Below are positions 16,635 to 28,600 of a stretch of DNA of 64,000 nt, in pieces. The first letter of the stretch is position 1. The number at the start of each line of letters is the position of its first letter. The notes below the pieces were generated by a model. The model was not told the DNA's origin, made no database searches, and saw only the letters and a list, made by a program, of their open reading frames with translations. The DNA comes from an uncultured Acidobacteriota bacterium. Its GTDB lineage: Bacteria > Acidobacteriota > Terriglobia > Terriglobales > Acidobacteriaceae. The stretch is from contig CAVOUU010000004.1 in NCBI GenBank assembly GCA_963699695.1, forward strand, positions 437,762 to 501,761, written 5' to 3'. Position numbers and translations under genes: made by a program.

Positions 16635-19304
16635 TTACTTATCGCTCACAGGGAATGCATCGGTCAAAGACATGATTTTCAAAGCGCCCTTGATCTCTTC
16701 GAGTGATGCCGAGGATTTTACCTTCAATTCGACCGGCTCGTCCGGAAGCAGATCGAAATAGTTATCGGAGGTTTCGACGTCCAGATCTCCAAACGATACA
16801 TACACGCTTCGGGCTAATTGCGAAGACTGCAAAGAAAGAGTGTAACCTTCACCGCTTTTGCCCAGCGTGGGCTCGATCTTCGGCGCGACGGGCAACGCAA
16901 GATCGTGAGTGACTCCGAAGAATTGCAGATTGCGTGAGATTCGTTTTCCGCCGGCTTCCAGGTCGAGAACCAGAAAACTGCGGCGAAGATCGCCCTTTGC
17001 CGAAATCGCTGCCTTATCGAGCGTGAGATAGATCGCGCTGGATTGCGCGGGGATCTGAATGTTCGTGGTTTGATCGAGCAAAACTTTGCCAGAGAAATCG
17101 AGAAGCCGAGTGTGAATCGTTCCCGAGAACGGCTGTAGGAGGTCGGAAACAACGTACGCATCGACTTTATCGTCGTGCAAGAAGGGCGAAATTAATACGT
17201 CGTCGTAAAAGCGGCGTGCGTAGTAGTGCAGCGCCTTCCATCGTCCGAAATAATCGATGCTGGCCCACGAAGCTACTGGCCAGCAATCGTTCAACTGCCA
17301 ATATAAGGAGCCCATGGTGCGCGGACGCTGGCGGCGGAAATGCTCGGTGCCGATCTTGATGATCTCCGCCTGTTGCACCTGGCTGAGATAGACGAACGAG
17401 TCGAAATCCTTGGGCTGGTTGTACTCGCGCAACATGTAAGTAAGGATGCGTTCATTTCCACGTTTATTTTTCTGGTGAGCGCGCATAACAGTGGAACGGA
17501 TATCGAAGTCTTCCGGTTGATGAGCAAAGCTGCGAATGGTGCGCATCTCGGGGAATGACTGAAAGCCGAATTCGCTCATGAAGCGGGGAAACTGGAGGGT
17601 ATAGTCCGAAGCCGGCGCCTGCTGGTGCCAAACCGCCCAGTAGTGCATGTCGCCATTGTTCGGATTGTCAGGAACCTCCTCGAAGTTTGCGCTCGGCGAA
17701 CTCGGAGAGTAAGGAACCGGATCGGCATACTGCGCCACCGCGCTCTTAAGAATGTCGGCAAAAAGAATGATGTAATCCTGCCAGACGCGATCACGGCTTT
17801 GTTCGGGGATGGATTCTTTGAATTCCTGGCGGTCGCCCCAGTGATACCAACTGGTTTCGACTTCGTTATTGCCACACCACAGAACGACGCTGGGATGGTC
17901 GCGCAGCCGCTCGATCTGCTGGATGGCTTCTTGCCGCACATTTTCCTGGAACGAGATATCGCCGGGAACCATGTCCCCGCCAAACATGAACTCTTGCCAC
18001 ACCATGATTCCGAGCTCGTCGCAAATGTCGAAAAAATCGTCGGATTCGTAATACCCGCCGCCCCACTCGCGGACCATATTCATGTGCGCGTCGCGGGCCG
18101 CTTCAAGAATTCGACGGTGCGCTTGGGCCGTTACGCGATTCGGGAAGCTGTCGAACGGAATGACATTGGCGCCTTTTGCAAAAATCAGAATTCCATTGAC
18201 CACAAATTCAAAACTTTTCCCCCACGCATCCGGTGCGCGGCGCAACTCGATCGAACGCAGCCCGGTTTTGACCTCGGAGTGCGCTGCCATATCGTGGCCG
18301 ATGCGGAGCGATGCGGAAAAGCGATAACGGTTCTGCGCTCCATATCCAACCGGAAACCACAATTTGGGATTTGCGATACGGATGGGAACGGAAATGTGAT
18401 TCGTTCCGGCATCGAGCTGCAACATCTGGGTGCCGTCGGCGGTCGGCTGCCTAGATAACTCATTGTGAGCGAGCGCAAGAGAGGCCGTCGTGGATCGAGT
18501 GGACTCGATCTCAAGTTCGGCGGTCACTTCGGCAATATCTCCCGTGATTTTCTCTTGATGGATGTGAAAGTTTGCAACGCGTAGCGAGTCCCAGGTTTCG
18601 AGACGAACCGGCTGCCAAATTCCTTCGGTGACGAAGCGCGGACCCCAGTCCCAACCGTACTGGTAGGGCGCTTTACGCGTATACGGTGCGGTGGCCAGAT
18701 TTTCTTCATTCCCAAAATTCTGGGTTGAGATTGCGGGCAGAACATAAGGCAGCGACTTCACATAGGGAAGCATTTTTTCGATGGCCGAGTGGAATACGAT
18801 AAGCAGCGTATTGCCGCCCGGTTTCAGCAATGCTTTGGCCGGAATGCGCCAGTGGCGGAACATGTTCTCCGCTTTCAGAATCGATTCGCCGTTCAGATAG
18901 ACGTCGGCAAATGTATCCAGACCGTCGAAGATGAGATCGACGTGTTCGTGATTGAGCGCGGATGAATCGAGCTCGAAAGTCGTTTGATATTCCCAGTCGG
19001 TTAGGCCGATCCACTGTAGATGAAATTCGTTATCGCGATCGAAAGGATCTGCGATGAGTCCATCGCGCAGCAGATCGGTATGAACTACCCCGGGAACCTG
19101 CGCGGCATGCCAGTCTGCGATTCCGGGATGGTCGGCCGTATTCGCCGCATTTCCTACTGCTCGAAATTGCCATCCAGAGTTGAGATCGCGGGAAGAGGGC
19201 TCGGCGGCTTTGAGGCAATACGGAATAAAAATGAAGATGATCAGCAAATGTGCGGAGAAGAATTTGGCTTTTGCCAAACGTCGCCAGGGCAAAGAAGAAT
19301 TCAT
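16635..19304 (-). CDS. GH2 beta-mannosidase, secreted
   Basis: Tracked as 16635..19415. Start moved to ATG 19304 (MNSSLPWRRLAK plus a signal-like helix), which avoids overlap with the ROK gene. Length and motifs fit a GH2 beta-mannosidase (WQFRAV, NMVREWGGGYYE, NNEVE). Confidence 0.85.
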   Translation of the reverse strand: MNSSLPWRRLAKAKFFSAHLLIIFIFIPYCLKAAEPSSRDLNSGWQFRAVGNAANTADHPGIADWHAAQVPGVVHTDLLRDGLIADPFDRDNEFHLQWIGLTDWEYQTTFELDSSALNHEHVDLIFDGLDTFADVYLNGESILKAENMFRHWRIPAKALLKPGGNTLLIVFHSAIEKMLPYVKSLPYVLPAISTQNFGNEENLATAPYTRKAPYQYGWDWGPRFVTEGIWQPVRLETWDSLRVANFHIHQEKITGDIAEVTAELEIESTRSTTASLALAHNELSRQPTADGTQMLQLDAGTNHISVPIRIANPKLWFPVGYGAQNRYRFSASLRIGHDMAAHSEVKTGLRSIELRRAPDAWGKSFEFVVNGILIFAKGANVIPFDSFPNRVTAQAHRRILEAARDAHMNMVREWGGGYYESDDFFDICDELGIMVWQEFMFGGDMVPGDISFQENVRQEAIQQIERLRDHPSVVLWCGNNEVETSWYHWGDRQEFKESIPEQSRDRVWQDYIILFADILKSAVAQYADPVPYSPSSPSANFEEVPDNPNNGDMHYWAVWHQQAPASDYTLQFPRFMSEFGFQSFPEMRTIRSFAHQPEDFDIRSTVMRAHQKNKRGNERILTYMLREYNQPKDFDSFVYLSQVQQAEIIKIGTEHFRRQRPRTMGSLYWQLNDCWPVASWASIDYFGRWKALHYYARRFYDDVLISPFLHDDKVDAYVVSDLLQPFSGTIHTRLLDFSGKVLLDQTTNIQIPAQSSAIYLTLDKAAISAKGDLRRSFLVLDLEAGGKRISRNLQFFGVTHDLALPVAPKIEPTLGKSGEGYTLSLQSSQLARSVYVSFGDLDVETSDNYFDLLPDEPVELKVKSSASLEEIKGALKIMSLTDAFPVSDK

Positions 19305-19338
19305 CAAGGTCTCCCGAACCAGTAACCCATGACCACTT

Positions 19339-20340
19339 TCATTGTAAGGACTCCGACGTCTGAAGCTCAGATTCCACGCACAGTGCGGCGCCACCGGCGA
19401 TGCCGGCATCTTCACCGTAGCGGGCTTTCAGTAGTGGAATCTCCCGGCAGCGTGAGTTGATGCAATATTTCGCGATTCCGTTTTCGATCTCGTCGAACAA
19501 CGTAGCAAACAAGACCGCGGCACCACCCCCGATGAGGATCGCATCAGGCTCTAAAAGATCGATAATATTGCTCAGCCACAGCGAAAGCAGATTGGCGGTT
19601 TCGAGCAACACCTCTTTGGCCAGCGGATCGCCAGCGGCATAGGCTTGTCCGACAATCTCGCTGGTAACCTCGCCGGCAAGGCCCTTGGCGAGGTCGAGCA
19701 TAATGGACCGCGGATTCTCAGTCAGTTTAGTGCGCGCCCTCCGCGCAATCGCCGGCCCCGCGGCCAGAATTTCAATGCAGCCAGGTTTGCCGCATCCGCA
19801 GAGAGGGCCGCGACAGTCAATGCTCATGTGTCCGCCTTCGGCGGCGGCGCCGGTTCGGCCGTTGTAGATTTTCCCATCGAACACGATGCCGGTACCGATT
19901 CCAGTTCCCAATGAAACGTAGAAAATGTTGCGATAGCCGCGTCCAGCCCCCCAGTTCGATTCCGCGAGGGCCGCGGCATTCGCGTCGTTCTCGATCTTCA
20001 CCGGGACGCGATAGGCTTTCTCGATTTCCGCTGCCAGGGGAAAATTGCGCCAGCATGGAAGATTTGGAGGGTTAATCACGATGCCCGCTCTCGGATCGAG
20101 TGGGCCGGGCGCGCAGATTCCAATTCCAGCAATCGCATCCGGAGATTCCGCGGCTTGCGCCTCCGCCAACAGCGTATGAATGGCAGATAAAACCGCAGCG
20201 AGCGCATCGTCGGGGCCGCGATTTGCCACCATCGGCGTCCGAATTCGAGCACTGATTTCGCCTTTGCGATCGGCAATACCGGCGGCAATCTTGGTGCCGC
20301 CAATATCCACGCCCACAATGCGATTGGAAGCTTGCATCAT
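19339..20340 (-). CDS. ROK-family sugar kinase (glucokinase-like)
   Basis: 333 aa. N-terminal ATP motif VGVDIGGTKIAAG and the ROK zinc motif GHMSIDCRGPLCGCGKPGCIE. Confidence 0.88.
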   Translation of the reverse strand: MMQASNRIVGVDIGGTKIAAGIADRKGEISARIRTPMVANRGPDDALAAVLSAIHTLLAEAQAAESPDAIAGIGICAPGPLDPRAGIVINPPNLPCWRNFPLAAEIEKAYRVPVKIENDANAAALAESNWGAGRGYRNIFYVSLGTGIGTGIVFDGKIYNGRTGAAAEGGHMSIDCRGPLCGCGKPGCIEILAAGPAIARRARTKLTENPRSIMLDLAKGLAGEVTSEIVGQAYAAGDPLAKEVLLETANLLSLWLSNIIDLLEPDAILIGGGAAVLFATLFDEIENGIAKYCINSRCREIPLLKARYGEDAGIAGGAALCVESELQTSESLQ

Positions 20341-20583
20341 TATTATTTAGTTGCCGCGCCGCTTCCGCAGGCGCTCGCCGCCTCGGGCGGACGCTCCGAA
20401 AAATCGCAGCCGAAGCTGGCACAGTATAACGCCGCACGTTCGAGGGTTCGCGGGACAACGCTGGTCATCGGGCTCCGCATTTAAGCCAGAAGATTTACCA
20501 CATCGTTATTCTAAGGCGGATTATCATCTCAGGGAATAAAATACTGCAGGCAAGCCCTTAGACAAACCAGTCCGGAGATCTCA

Positions 20584-23082
20584 ATGATGCGTAGAGCCCT
20601 GCCGATTTTCTTGTTGGTCATTTCGGTGGTGCCGGTCATGTGTCAGGCACCCACTGTTTCGCAGGCCGAAGTGGAAGCGCGTATCGATTCCATGCTGAAG
20701 AAACTTACGCTGGAAGAAAAGATCGATCTAATTGGAGGGGTCGATAGTTTTTATATCCGCGCCGAAGAGCGAATCGGGCTGCCACGGTTGAAGATGGCAG
20801 ATGGCCCGGTGGGCGTTCGAAATTACGGACCGTCCACGGTATTCGGCGGCATTGGTCTTGCGGCTACGTGGGACCCGGAGCTGGCGCGGAGAATTGGGGC
20901 CGCAATCGGTGACGATGCGCGCGCACGCGGAGTGCACTTTATGCTGGGGCCGGGCGTGAATACTTATCGCGCCCCCATGAGCGGCAGAAACTTCGAATAC
21001 TTCGGGGAGGATCCTTTCCTGGCTTCGAGAACCGTTGTCGCCTATATCGAAGGCATGCAAAGCCGCGGAGTGAGTGCCACCATCAAGCATTTCATGGGCA
21101 ATAACCAGGAGTTTGACCGGCACAACATGGATTCGGTAATCGACGAGCGCACCATGCGCGAAATTTATTTGCCGGTGTTTGAAGCCGCGGTGAAAGAGGC
21201 GCACGTCGGGGCGATCATGGATTCCTACAATCTGACCAACGGCGTGCATATGTCACAAAACGGCCACCTCAACACGGACTTGGTCAAGAAAGAATGGGGA
21301 TTTTCGGGTCTGATCATGTCGGACTGGACTTCGACCTACGACGCGGTCGGCGCGGCGAACGGGGGCCTTGACCTGGAGATGCCCTCGGGCGAGTTCATGA
21401 ACCGCGCGAAGTTGCTGCCGGCAATCCGAGCGGGCAAAGTTAGCGAGGCGACGATCGACGATAAAGTACGCCGCATCCTGCGAACTGCGATCCGCTTCGG
21501 CTGGCTCGACCGCGACCAGACCGATCTGTCGATTCCGAGATTCAATCGCGAGGGCGATGAAGTAACGCTGGATGCAGCTCGCGCCAGCATTGTTCTTTTG
21601 AAGAATACCGGCAACCTGCTGCCGCTCGACAAAAGCAAGATTCATTCGATTGCGGTGATCGGACCTGACGCGAGTCCGGCGGTTCCGGACGGCGGGGGGA
21701 GTGCGGAAGCGAAGCCATTTTTCCCTGTAAGTTATTTGAGCGGCATCACGAGTTATCTGGGCAGCCGCGCCAAAGTTTTCTACGCGGAAGGAATTCCGTC
21801 GCTGGAAGAAATGGCGGAGCACACCGAATTCACCACTGAAGCGACCGGCGGAAAACGGGGACTGAAGACGGAACTTTTTACGAATGGGGATTTGCGCGGT
21901 GCTGCCAGCGTGATTCGAACCGATGCACACGTCGATTACCAGCCGGCGCGTGGCGGAGACGGCGCCTCCACCGATATGTCAGTACGTTGGACCGGCTACT
22001 TCACTCCGAGCTCTCCCGGCAAGTACCTGGTTTTTGTGAAAGGCCCGGGTGAAAACGGCGGTTACAGGCTCTATATCGATAAGAAACTGGTCTTCGACAA
22101 TTGGAAGCGATGGTATGCGTTCGTCAACGAAACCTCGATCGATCTCGCCACCGGACCGCATCAAGTCGAAATGGATTACTACGCGCACGGCGGCTGGGGC
22201 AAAACCGTTGCCAACCTTGGCATTGTGCGGCCTGAAACTTTGGTTAGTGCCGATGCCAAGAAATTAGCGGCGCAGGCGGACGCCGTAGTTTTAGCGGCTG
22301 GCTTTAATGCAGAGAGCGAGGGTGAAAGCAGCGACCGGACTTTTCAGCTTCCCCCGGCGCAAGATGAACTGATTCGTCAGATCGCCTCGGTAAATAAGAA
22401 CACAATCGTGGTGTTGACCTCCGGCGGCGGCGTGGACATGACGGCTTGGATCGATCGAGTGCCCGCGCTTATGCAGGCCTGGTATGCGGGGCAGGAGGGG
22501 GGCACCGCGCTGGCACAGATTCTTTTCGGGGACGCGAATCCCTCAGGGAGGCTGCCGATTTCGATGGAGCGCCGATGGGAAGATAATGCGGTGCATGACA
22601 CTTACTACCCGATGGGCGCCGAGAAACGGGTGACTTACAGCGAAGGAGTATTTGTCGGTTATCGCCACTTCGACAAGTCCGAAATAAAACCGCTGTTCCC
22701 GTTTGGCTTTGGTCTCTCCTACACCAGTTTTGCCTACAAGAATTTGACGGTCTCAGCACAATCCACCGCCGGGGATGCCTCAATTAATGTCGGGTTCGAC
22801 CTTACCAATACCGGAGCTCGCGCGGGAGCCGAGGTTGCGCAGGTATACGTTGGCGACCATCATGCGCCCGTGCCGCGCCCGGTGAAGGAGCTGAAGGGAT
22901 TTGAAAAAGTAAGATTAAATCCTGGCGAGACCAAACATGTGCAGATGATGCTCGATCGTCGCGCATTCTCGTATTACGACGTCAAGAACCATCGCTGGAC
23001 GATTGCGCCCGGCGAGTTCGACATCTTTGTAGCTCGCTCGGCAGGGCAAATCGAACTGACCGGCAAGGTAACGTTGCAGTAG
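20584..23082 (+). CDS. GH3 beta-glucosidase with an inserted PA14 domain, secreted
   Basis: 832 aa. Signal peptide, GH3 N-domain (KHFMGNNQE, nucleophile context GLIMSDW), a PA14-like insert (VRWTGYFTPSSPGKYLVFVKGPGENGGYRLYIDKKLVFDNW) and a Fn3-like C-terminus. Confidence 0.9.
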   Translation: MMRRALPIFLLVISVVPVMCQAPTVSQAEVEARIDSMLKKLTLEEKIDLIGGVDSFYIRAEERIGLPRLKMADGPVGVRNYGPSTVFGGIGLAATWDPELARRIGAAIGDDARARGVHFMLGPGVNTYRAPMSGRNFEYFGEDPFLASRTVVAYIEGMQSRGVSATIKHFMGNNQEFDRHNMDSVIDERTMREIYLPVFEAAVKEAHVGAIMDSYNLTNGVHMSQNGHLNTDLVKKEWGFSGLIMSDWTSTYDAVGAANGGLDLEMPSGEFMNRAKLLPAIRAGKVSEATIDDKVRRILRTAIRFGWLDRDQTDLSIPRFNREGDEVTLDAARASIVLLKNTGNLLPLDKSKIHSIAVIGPDASPAVPDGGGSAEAKPFFPVSYLSGITSYLGSRAKVFYAEGIPSLEEMAEHTEFTTEATGGKRGLKTELFTNGDLRGAASVIRTDAHVDYQPARGGDGASTDMSVRWTGYFTPSSPGKYLVFVKGPGENGGYRLYIDKKLVFDNWKRWYAFVNETSIDLATGPHQVEMDYYAHGGWGKTVANLGIVRPETLVSADAKKLAAQADAVVLAAGFNAESEGESSDRTFQLPPAQDELIRQIASVNKNTIVVLTSGGGVDMTAWIDRVPALMQAWYAGQEGGTALAQILFGDANPSGRLPISMERRWEDNAVHDTYYPMGAEKRVTYSEGVFVGYRHFDKSEIKPLFPFGFGLSYTSFAYKNLTVSAQSTAGDASINVGFDLTNTGARAGAEVAQVYVGDHHAPVPRPVKELKGFEKVRLNPGETKHVQMMLDRRAFSYYDVKNHRWTIAPGEFDIFVARSAGQIELTGKVTLQ

Positions 23083-23092
23083 GACTGCCGCA

Positions 23093-24829
23093 TCATTTTG
23101 ACAGCTCGCCGATATAAACGGAAAAAGGTTCTAAACGTATTTGTGATGCCGAACTTATCTTGACCTGACTGCGCTGCGTAGTCAGGAGGGTGCGGGCAGA
23201 TTTGCTGCTCAATCCCATGGGAGCGAGATCGAACTTCACGACCTGGACTTTATCAGACATATTCAGCGCCACCAGCACAGCTTGATTCTTGTACTTTCTC
23301 AAATACGAGAGAACGCCCGGATCATCTTCGTTCAGCGCAACGTATTCTCCCGCACGCAATGCGGCATTCTCGCGTCTCAGCAGAAGCAGTCGCCGGTAGA
23401 CATTAAGAATCGAGGACGGGTCCTTAAGTTCGGCCGCCGCGTTGTGAATCCGATAGCTGGGCGGGATTGGCAACCAGGGCGCGCTTGAACTGAATCCAGC
23501 GTTCGCGGTCGCATCCCACTGCATTGGTGTGCGCTCGCCGTCACGCCCTTTTTCTTGTGGCCATCCGGTGCGGCCAATGGGATCCTTCACATCCTCCTTG
23601 CGCAGAGGATCATTATTTTCCATCCCGATTTCTTCGCCGTAATACATGATGGGCGTGCCGCGCAGGGTCAGATAAAGCGCGGCCATCAGTTTGGCGATTG
23701 CATCGTTGTGTACTCCGTCGCCGTAGCGCACATAGGAGCGAACGATGTCGTGATTGCTGATCACATAAACGGGCCAGCCTCCAGCGGCGTCGACCGACGC
23801 GATCTGCCTGCGAAATTCCGCCGGCGATAGCTTGTTGATGGTGGTGAACATCAGGTCCATCGGCATTTGCAGTTCGTTACTGTGGTCGCCGTAGTATTGC
23901 TTTAATCCACCGATGTCCTTCGTCCAGGTTTCGCCAATCAGCACGGCTCCGTATTCATCGGCTACCGCCCGCAGTCCGCGCAACACGCCGTGTACTTCGG
24001 CAAGGTCGGAGTTGTAATGGTTCTCTTCGTTCGGGTCGCCAAACTTGTTCAGGCCGGGTAGCACGGGATTGTCGTGCAGCTTCGGGTCCTCGAAGAGCGC
24101 GTTGACCGCATCCAGGCGGAATCCGGCTACGCCTCTCTGATACCACCAACGCGTGATGTCGAACATGGCGTCGCGGACCGCGGCGTTGCGCCAGTTCAAG
24201 TCCGGTTGCTGAGGGTAAAAAAAATGGTAATAGTACTGGCCCGTCGTTGGGTCGAGCGTCCATGCGGGCCCGCCAAAAGTAGAATTCCAATTGTTCGGAG
24301 GCGATCCGGGAGCTTTGCCGTCGCGCCAGATGTACCAATCACGCTTCGCTGAATGTCGCGAAGCCCTGGAATCGATGAACCAGGGATGTTGATCGGAAGT
24401 GTGGTTGACGACGAAATCCAGAATGATGCGAATGCCGCGAGTCTTGGCTGCCGTCGCCAAATGCTCGAAATCCGCCAGGGTTCCGTACATGGGGTCGATA
24501 TTCTCGTAATCGGAAACGTCGTAGCCGAAATCGACCTGCGGCGAGGGGAAGAAGGGCGTAATCCAGATTGCGTTGACGCCAAGGTTTTTCAGATAATCCA
24601 GTTTGGAAGTAATGCCGTTGAGATCGCCGACGCCATCGTGATTGCTGTCGGCGAAGCTGCGCGGATAAATCTCATAAAAAACCGCATGCTTCCACCAGGG
24701 ATCGCCTTCCGCATCGATTGCGGATATTTGGGAAAAACCCCAGCCCGAGAAGGCGTACAAAAATATTAGTAAAAAGAACCCTCCCAAAAAGCCAAAACCA
24801 CGCTTCGGCATAATTCTGAAGACCGCCAC
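23093..24829 (-). CDS. GH13 alpha-glucosidase / oligo-1,6-glucosidase-like enzyme
   Basis: 578 aa. GH13 regions I DFVVNHTS, II GFRLDAVN, III IGETW and IV ISNHD, with an N-terminal hydrophobic anchor or signal. Confidence 0.9.
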   Translation of the reverse strand: MAVFRIMPKRGFGFLGGFFLLIFLYAFSGWGFSQISAIDAEGDPWWKHAVFYEIYPRSFADSNHDGVGDLNGITSKLDYLKNLGVNAIWITPFFPSPQVDFGYDVSDYENIDPMYGTLADFEHLATAAKTRGIRIILDFVVNHTSDQHPWFIDSRASRHSAKRDWYIWRDGKAPGSPPNNWNSTFGGPAWTLDPTTGQYYYHFFYPQQPDLNWRNAAVRDAMFDITRWWYQRGVAGFRLDAVNALFEDPKLHDNPVLPGLNKFGDPNEENHYNSDLAEVHGVLRGLRAVADEYGAVLIGETWTKDIGGLKQYYGDHSNELQMPMDLMFTTINKLSPAEFRRQIASVDAAGGWPVYVISNHDIVRSYVRYGDGVHNDAIAKLMAALYLTLRGTPIMYYGEEIGMENNDPLRKEDVKDPIGRTGWPQEKGRDGERTPMQWDATANAGFSSSAPWLPIPPSYRIHNAAAELKDPSSILNVYRRLLLLRRENAALRAGEYVALNEDDPGVLSYLRKYKNQAVLVALNMSDKVQVVKFDLAPMGLSSKSARTLLTTQRSQVKISSASQIRLEPFSVYIGELSK

Positions 24830-24985
24830 AAGCGAATTTTAGCTCTGCGCGGGCGATCCGTGAAACTGAAGAGCAATAGCACAGAAGGCGCGCTTGATCG
24901 CGGCACGGAATAACGGCGAAGAAACGGTTTCGGCAGTTCATTAAGCAGCGAAGCCGGACATGATAAAATGAAGCTCCGCAACGAC

Positions 24986-25079
<94 letters not shown>

Positions 25080-25499
25080 CGCAGTCTGGACTGCGAAGAA
25101 ATCCCGCATTCGTTTTCCCCGAAATACGCGAAAGATGCCCGTATTCTGCGATTCCTCTTCGACGAACCGGACTGGAGAGAGCGGACTACTCCGCATGAAG
25201 AGCGTCACTGTCCGGGCTTTTCTCTGGAGGGCACACGCGCAGTCCGGTTTCAAGCAGGGCATAAGGCGAATGCAATGCGATTACAGGCCTTGGATTCTTC
25301 CATCGCGAGTTGACTTTGACGGTAGGTTGGCAATTGCATTCGAAGCTTAGGTCGTGGACCAGATTATCTCTGGGGATCATGTCAACAGTTGGCTTTCGCC
25401 ACCGGTTCTTACCATCAGTGTCTAGCTCAGTGTCGGCAGTCTAGCCACATCGCGCACGAGTTCAACCTAACTACGTACTACGTGCGCAAAAGGAACTCG

Positions 25500-25619
25500 C
25501 AGCAAGGCCGCCGTTACCTGCAATGGATCGCGCTGGAGCAGGGGCGGCGGTACGGGTATCGTCGAGTGACGGCTGAACTGCGACGCCGCGGGATGCTGGT
25601 CAAGACTTCTGCGGTATGA
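25500..25619 (+). mobile_element. Truncated IS3-family transposase (OrfB N-terminal fragment), non-functional remnant
   Basis: Part of tracked ORF 25389..25619. LQWIALEQGRRYGYRRVTAELRRRGMLV matches the conserved YGYRR(I/V)TAELRRxG block near the start of IS3 OrfB. No DDE domain follows. Confidence 0.5.
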
Positions 25620-25678
25620 TGGTCTTCGCAAAGTCGGTAGCGGAACCCACTCCTGCTTCGATCCAAGGGAGGCGAGAC

Positions 25679-28600
25679 ATGGCCATCGACTCCTCCTCGT
25701 TTCACGCGTCCCGGACCTTGCTCCAGGTCTTCCTGCTTGTGCTGTGCGCTCTGCCGATACATGGCCAGACAGCCAATACCGGAGCCATCGCTGGCATCGT
25801 CAGCGACCCGAGTGGGGCGCTGGTCGCGCGTGCCGCAATAGTCGTCAAGAGTCAGGCCGCACAGGAAGAGCGCGATCTCGCTACGGATGCCGAGGGGAGT
25901 TTCTCGGTCCCGTTCCTGACACCCGACCGCTATGACCTAACGATTCTGGCCCCCGGATTTGAATCACTCATCCTGAAAGGTGTTCAGGTTCGAATTACCG
26001 AAGTAAGCCGACTCAAGATTCAGCTCACGATCGGCGGCGAAAAAAAACAAATTTCGGTTAGCGCCAAGCCTCCTCTCCTTCAAACGGAGAATGCCACTCT
26101 GGGACGTGTCATCGATCAGGAAACGGTCGTGGCATTGCCCCTTGTCGATCGCAACTTTACCGAGATCCTCGGCCTGACCGCCGGAACGAACACGGATGTC
26201 GTGGACGCGACCCAGCTGGGGGCAGGAAGCCAGGAGATCCGCGCCAATGGGGCGAGAAGCGGCGACAATAACTTCATGCTGAACGGCGTGGATGCGAACA
26301 GTTATAGCTCCAATATCACCGAGGTCACTCCTTTCGGCGGAGCAGGAATTGCGATCCCGGCTCCGGATGCCATTCAGGAGTTCAAGGTCCAGACTTCGCT
26401 CTACGACGCGCAGTATGGGCGAGGAGCGGGTGCAAACGTAGACGTCGAAACCAAGTCGGGCACGGCCGATATTCATGGGAATGTCTATTATTTTGGCCGC
26501 AATGAAGCACTGGACGCGAACAATTTCTTTGCGAACGCAACCGGCGTGCCAAGGGGAGAATTTCGGCGCTCACAACCCGGGGCGACTTTGGGTGGACCAC
26601 TGCCTTGGTCAAAGAAACGCGCCCTTTTCTTCGTTTCCTATCAGGCCACACGCGACGTGAATGCGGCGTCCTTGAGCAGTAGCGTTCGATCTTTGAGCCT
26701 TCCACCTATACCGCTGGTGCGCACACCAGCCTCCATCGGAGCGGTATTCGGCGGCCAAACTGGTGCATTGGGAGGCGTGGGTGTGGCCTTGGATGGCTCG
26801 AATATCAGCCCGGTCGCACTCAACTTCTTGAACGCCAAGAACCCAGACGGAACCTTTGTCATCCCGAGTCCGCAGACTTCGGGGAGGGCCGTGAACTACA
26901 CGGCAGTTCTGCCGGGGCACTACAACGAAGATCAGTTCAATACGAACTTTGACTTCAAGTTGCGTATGGCGGACAGCCTGGCGATGAAATTCTTTTTCTC
27001 AGACTCGACTCAAGACGTTCCTTTCTTCGGCTCCAGCGTGCCTGGTTTCCCGGTGCTTCGCGCCTTTCAGAATCGGAATTTGGCGATCAACGAGACTCAC
27101 ATTTTCTCGCCGCGAGCGATCAACCAATTCCGCTTTGGATTCTCTCGTCTTGCAGGTCAAAGCTCCGACGGAGGTACGCTCACCGACGAGGATGTGGGGA
27201 TGAACCGCTTCAGCGATCCGCAAGAGGCGATCATTCCACAAATTGAGATTCTGGGAGCCTTTGAATTAGGCAACTCGGCCCAAGACCACGGCAAAACCGC
27301 CGGTAATAACTTTTACGTCTCAGACGTCATATTCAAGTCCCGTGGCAAACATGACTTTCGCGTCGGCGCGGAAATCTTCCGCAATCAGTTCAATCATGTA
27401 ATCGATTACACGGACGGTGCCATAACAATCCTGTCGTTCCCTGATTTCCTGCTCGGATTGCCCGCCGGGCCTGCCAGCGCAGGAGGGAACGGCACATCGT
27501 TCTCCAACGTTTTCTTCTCAAGCGTGGCTGCTGGAATTCCCGATGCGGGGCAGCGCGCAAGCGCTACGGATTTCTTTGCATTGGATAATTGGCAAGTTGC
27601 GCGAACACTCTCCATGAACCTCGGAGTTCGAGTCGAGGTAGATGGCCAAGCAAGCGAAGTCAACGGTCGTATATCGAATTTCTTCCCGCGATTCTACGTC
27701 CCTCCTCCGGCGGGTGGTTTCACGGCTCCAGTCACCTCTGGATTTGTTCTGCCCGACAACTTTGACGGCGATACGCCCACAGGGTTTCCACGGGAGAATT
27801 CAACCCTGCTGAATCACCCAGTGCAAACGCACCTGGAGCCCCGCGTCGCCTTAGCGTGGCAGCCCCTTTCTCCGAGGGACCTGGTTCTTCGCGGAGGATA
27901 TGGCATCTACGCGAACCGCACCAGCTTCGAGGGGAACGGCGTATTAATGGCTCTTAACCCGCCGTTCGCGGTGAATGCCGTGCTAGTTGGCGCCGCTAAC
28001 GCGACCGCTAGCCTGATGGGCCCCTTCCCAAATTTGCCGCCGAGCTCTTCATTTCCAAATTTCGTAGGCAACATGCTACCGAGTCCACCGTTTACGGGAA
28101 ACAGATTCCTCCGAAGCCCTATCATTACCGATCCTAATTTCGAGGAGTCTACCGTCCAACAATATGACTTCGACCTGCAGTATCAACACAGGAGCTACGT
28201 TTTTTCCGTCGCATATGCCGGCGCGAAGGGCTGCCACCTGGCCGTGGGTCGGAGCAATAATCAGCCTCTTCTATCCAGTCCTTCCGCCCCTGTGAACGGA
28301 CTCACGAACAACTCCACGGCCAACGCAGCTGAGCGGGTTCCTTTCGTCGGTTTGTCTCCGTTGCTCTACCGTCTCGAAAGCGGTGGGAACTCAATCTACA
28401 ACTCGCTACAGGCCACGCTGAAGAAAGACATGAGTCATGGGTTTCAATTTCTCGCAGCCTACACCTTTTCCAAATCGATTGACGATGCTGGGGATAGTCT
28501 CGGTGCCGCTATCGCTGGCACATTCGGATTACCGATCACCGGGCAAGTGGTTTACAACGATCAAAACAATGTCGCCGCTCAGCGCGGCATCTCCGACTTC

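Noticed and set aside
20413-20430. Sigma54-like element CTGGCACAGTATAACGC upstream of the GH3 gene
   Set aside because: The GG to GC spacing is off by one and the -12 TTGC is replaced by AACG. The neighbouring genes are not expected sigma54 targets.
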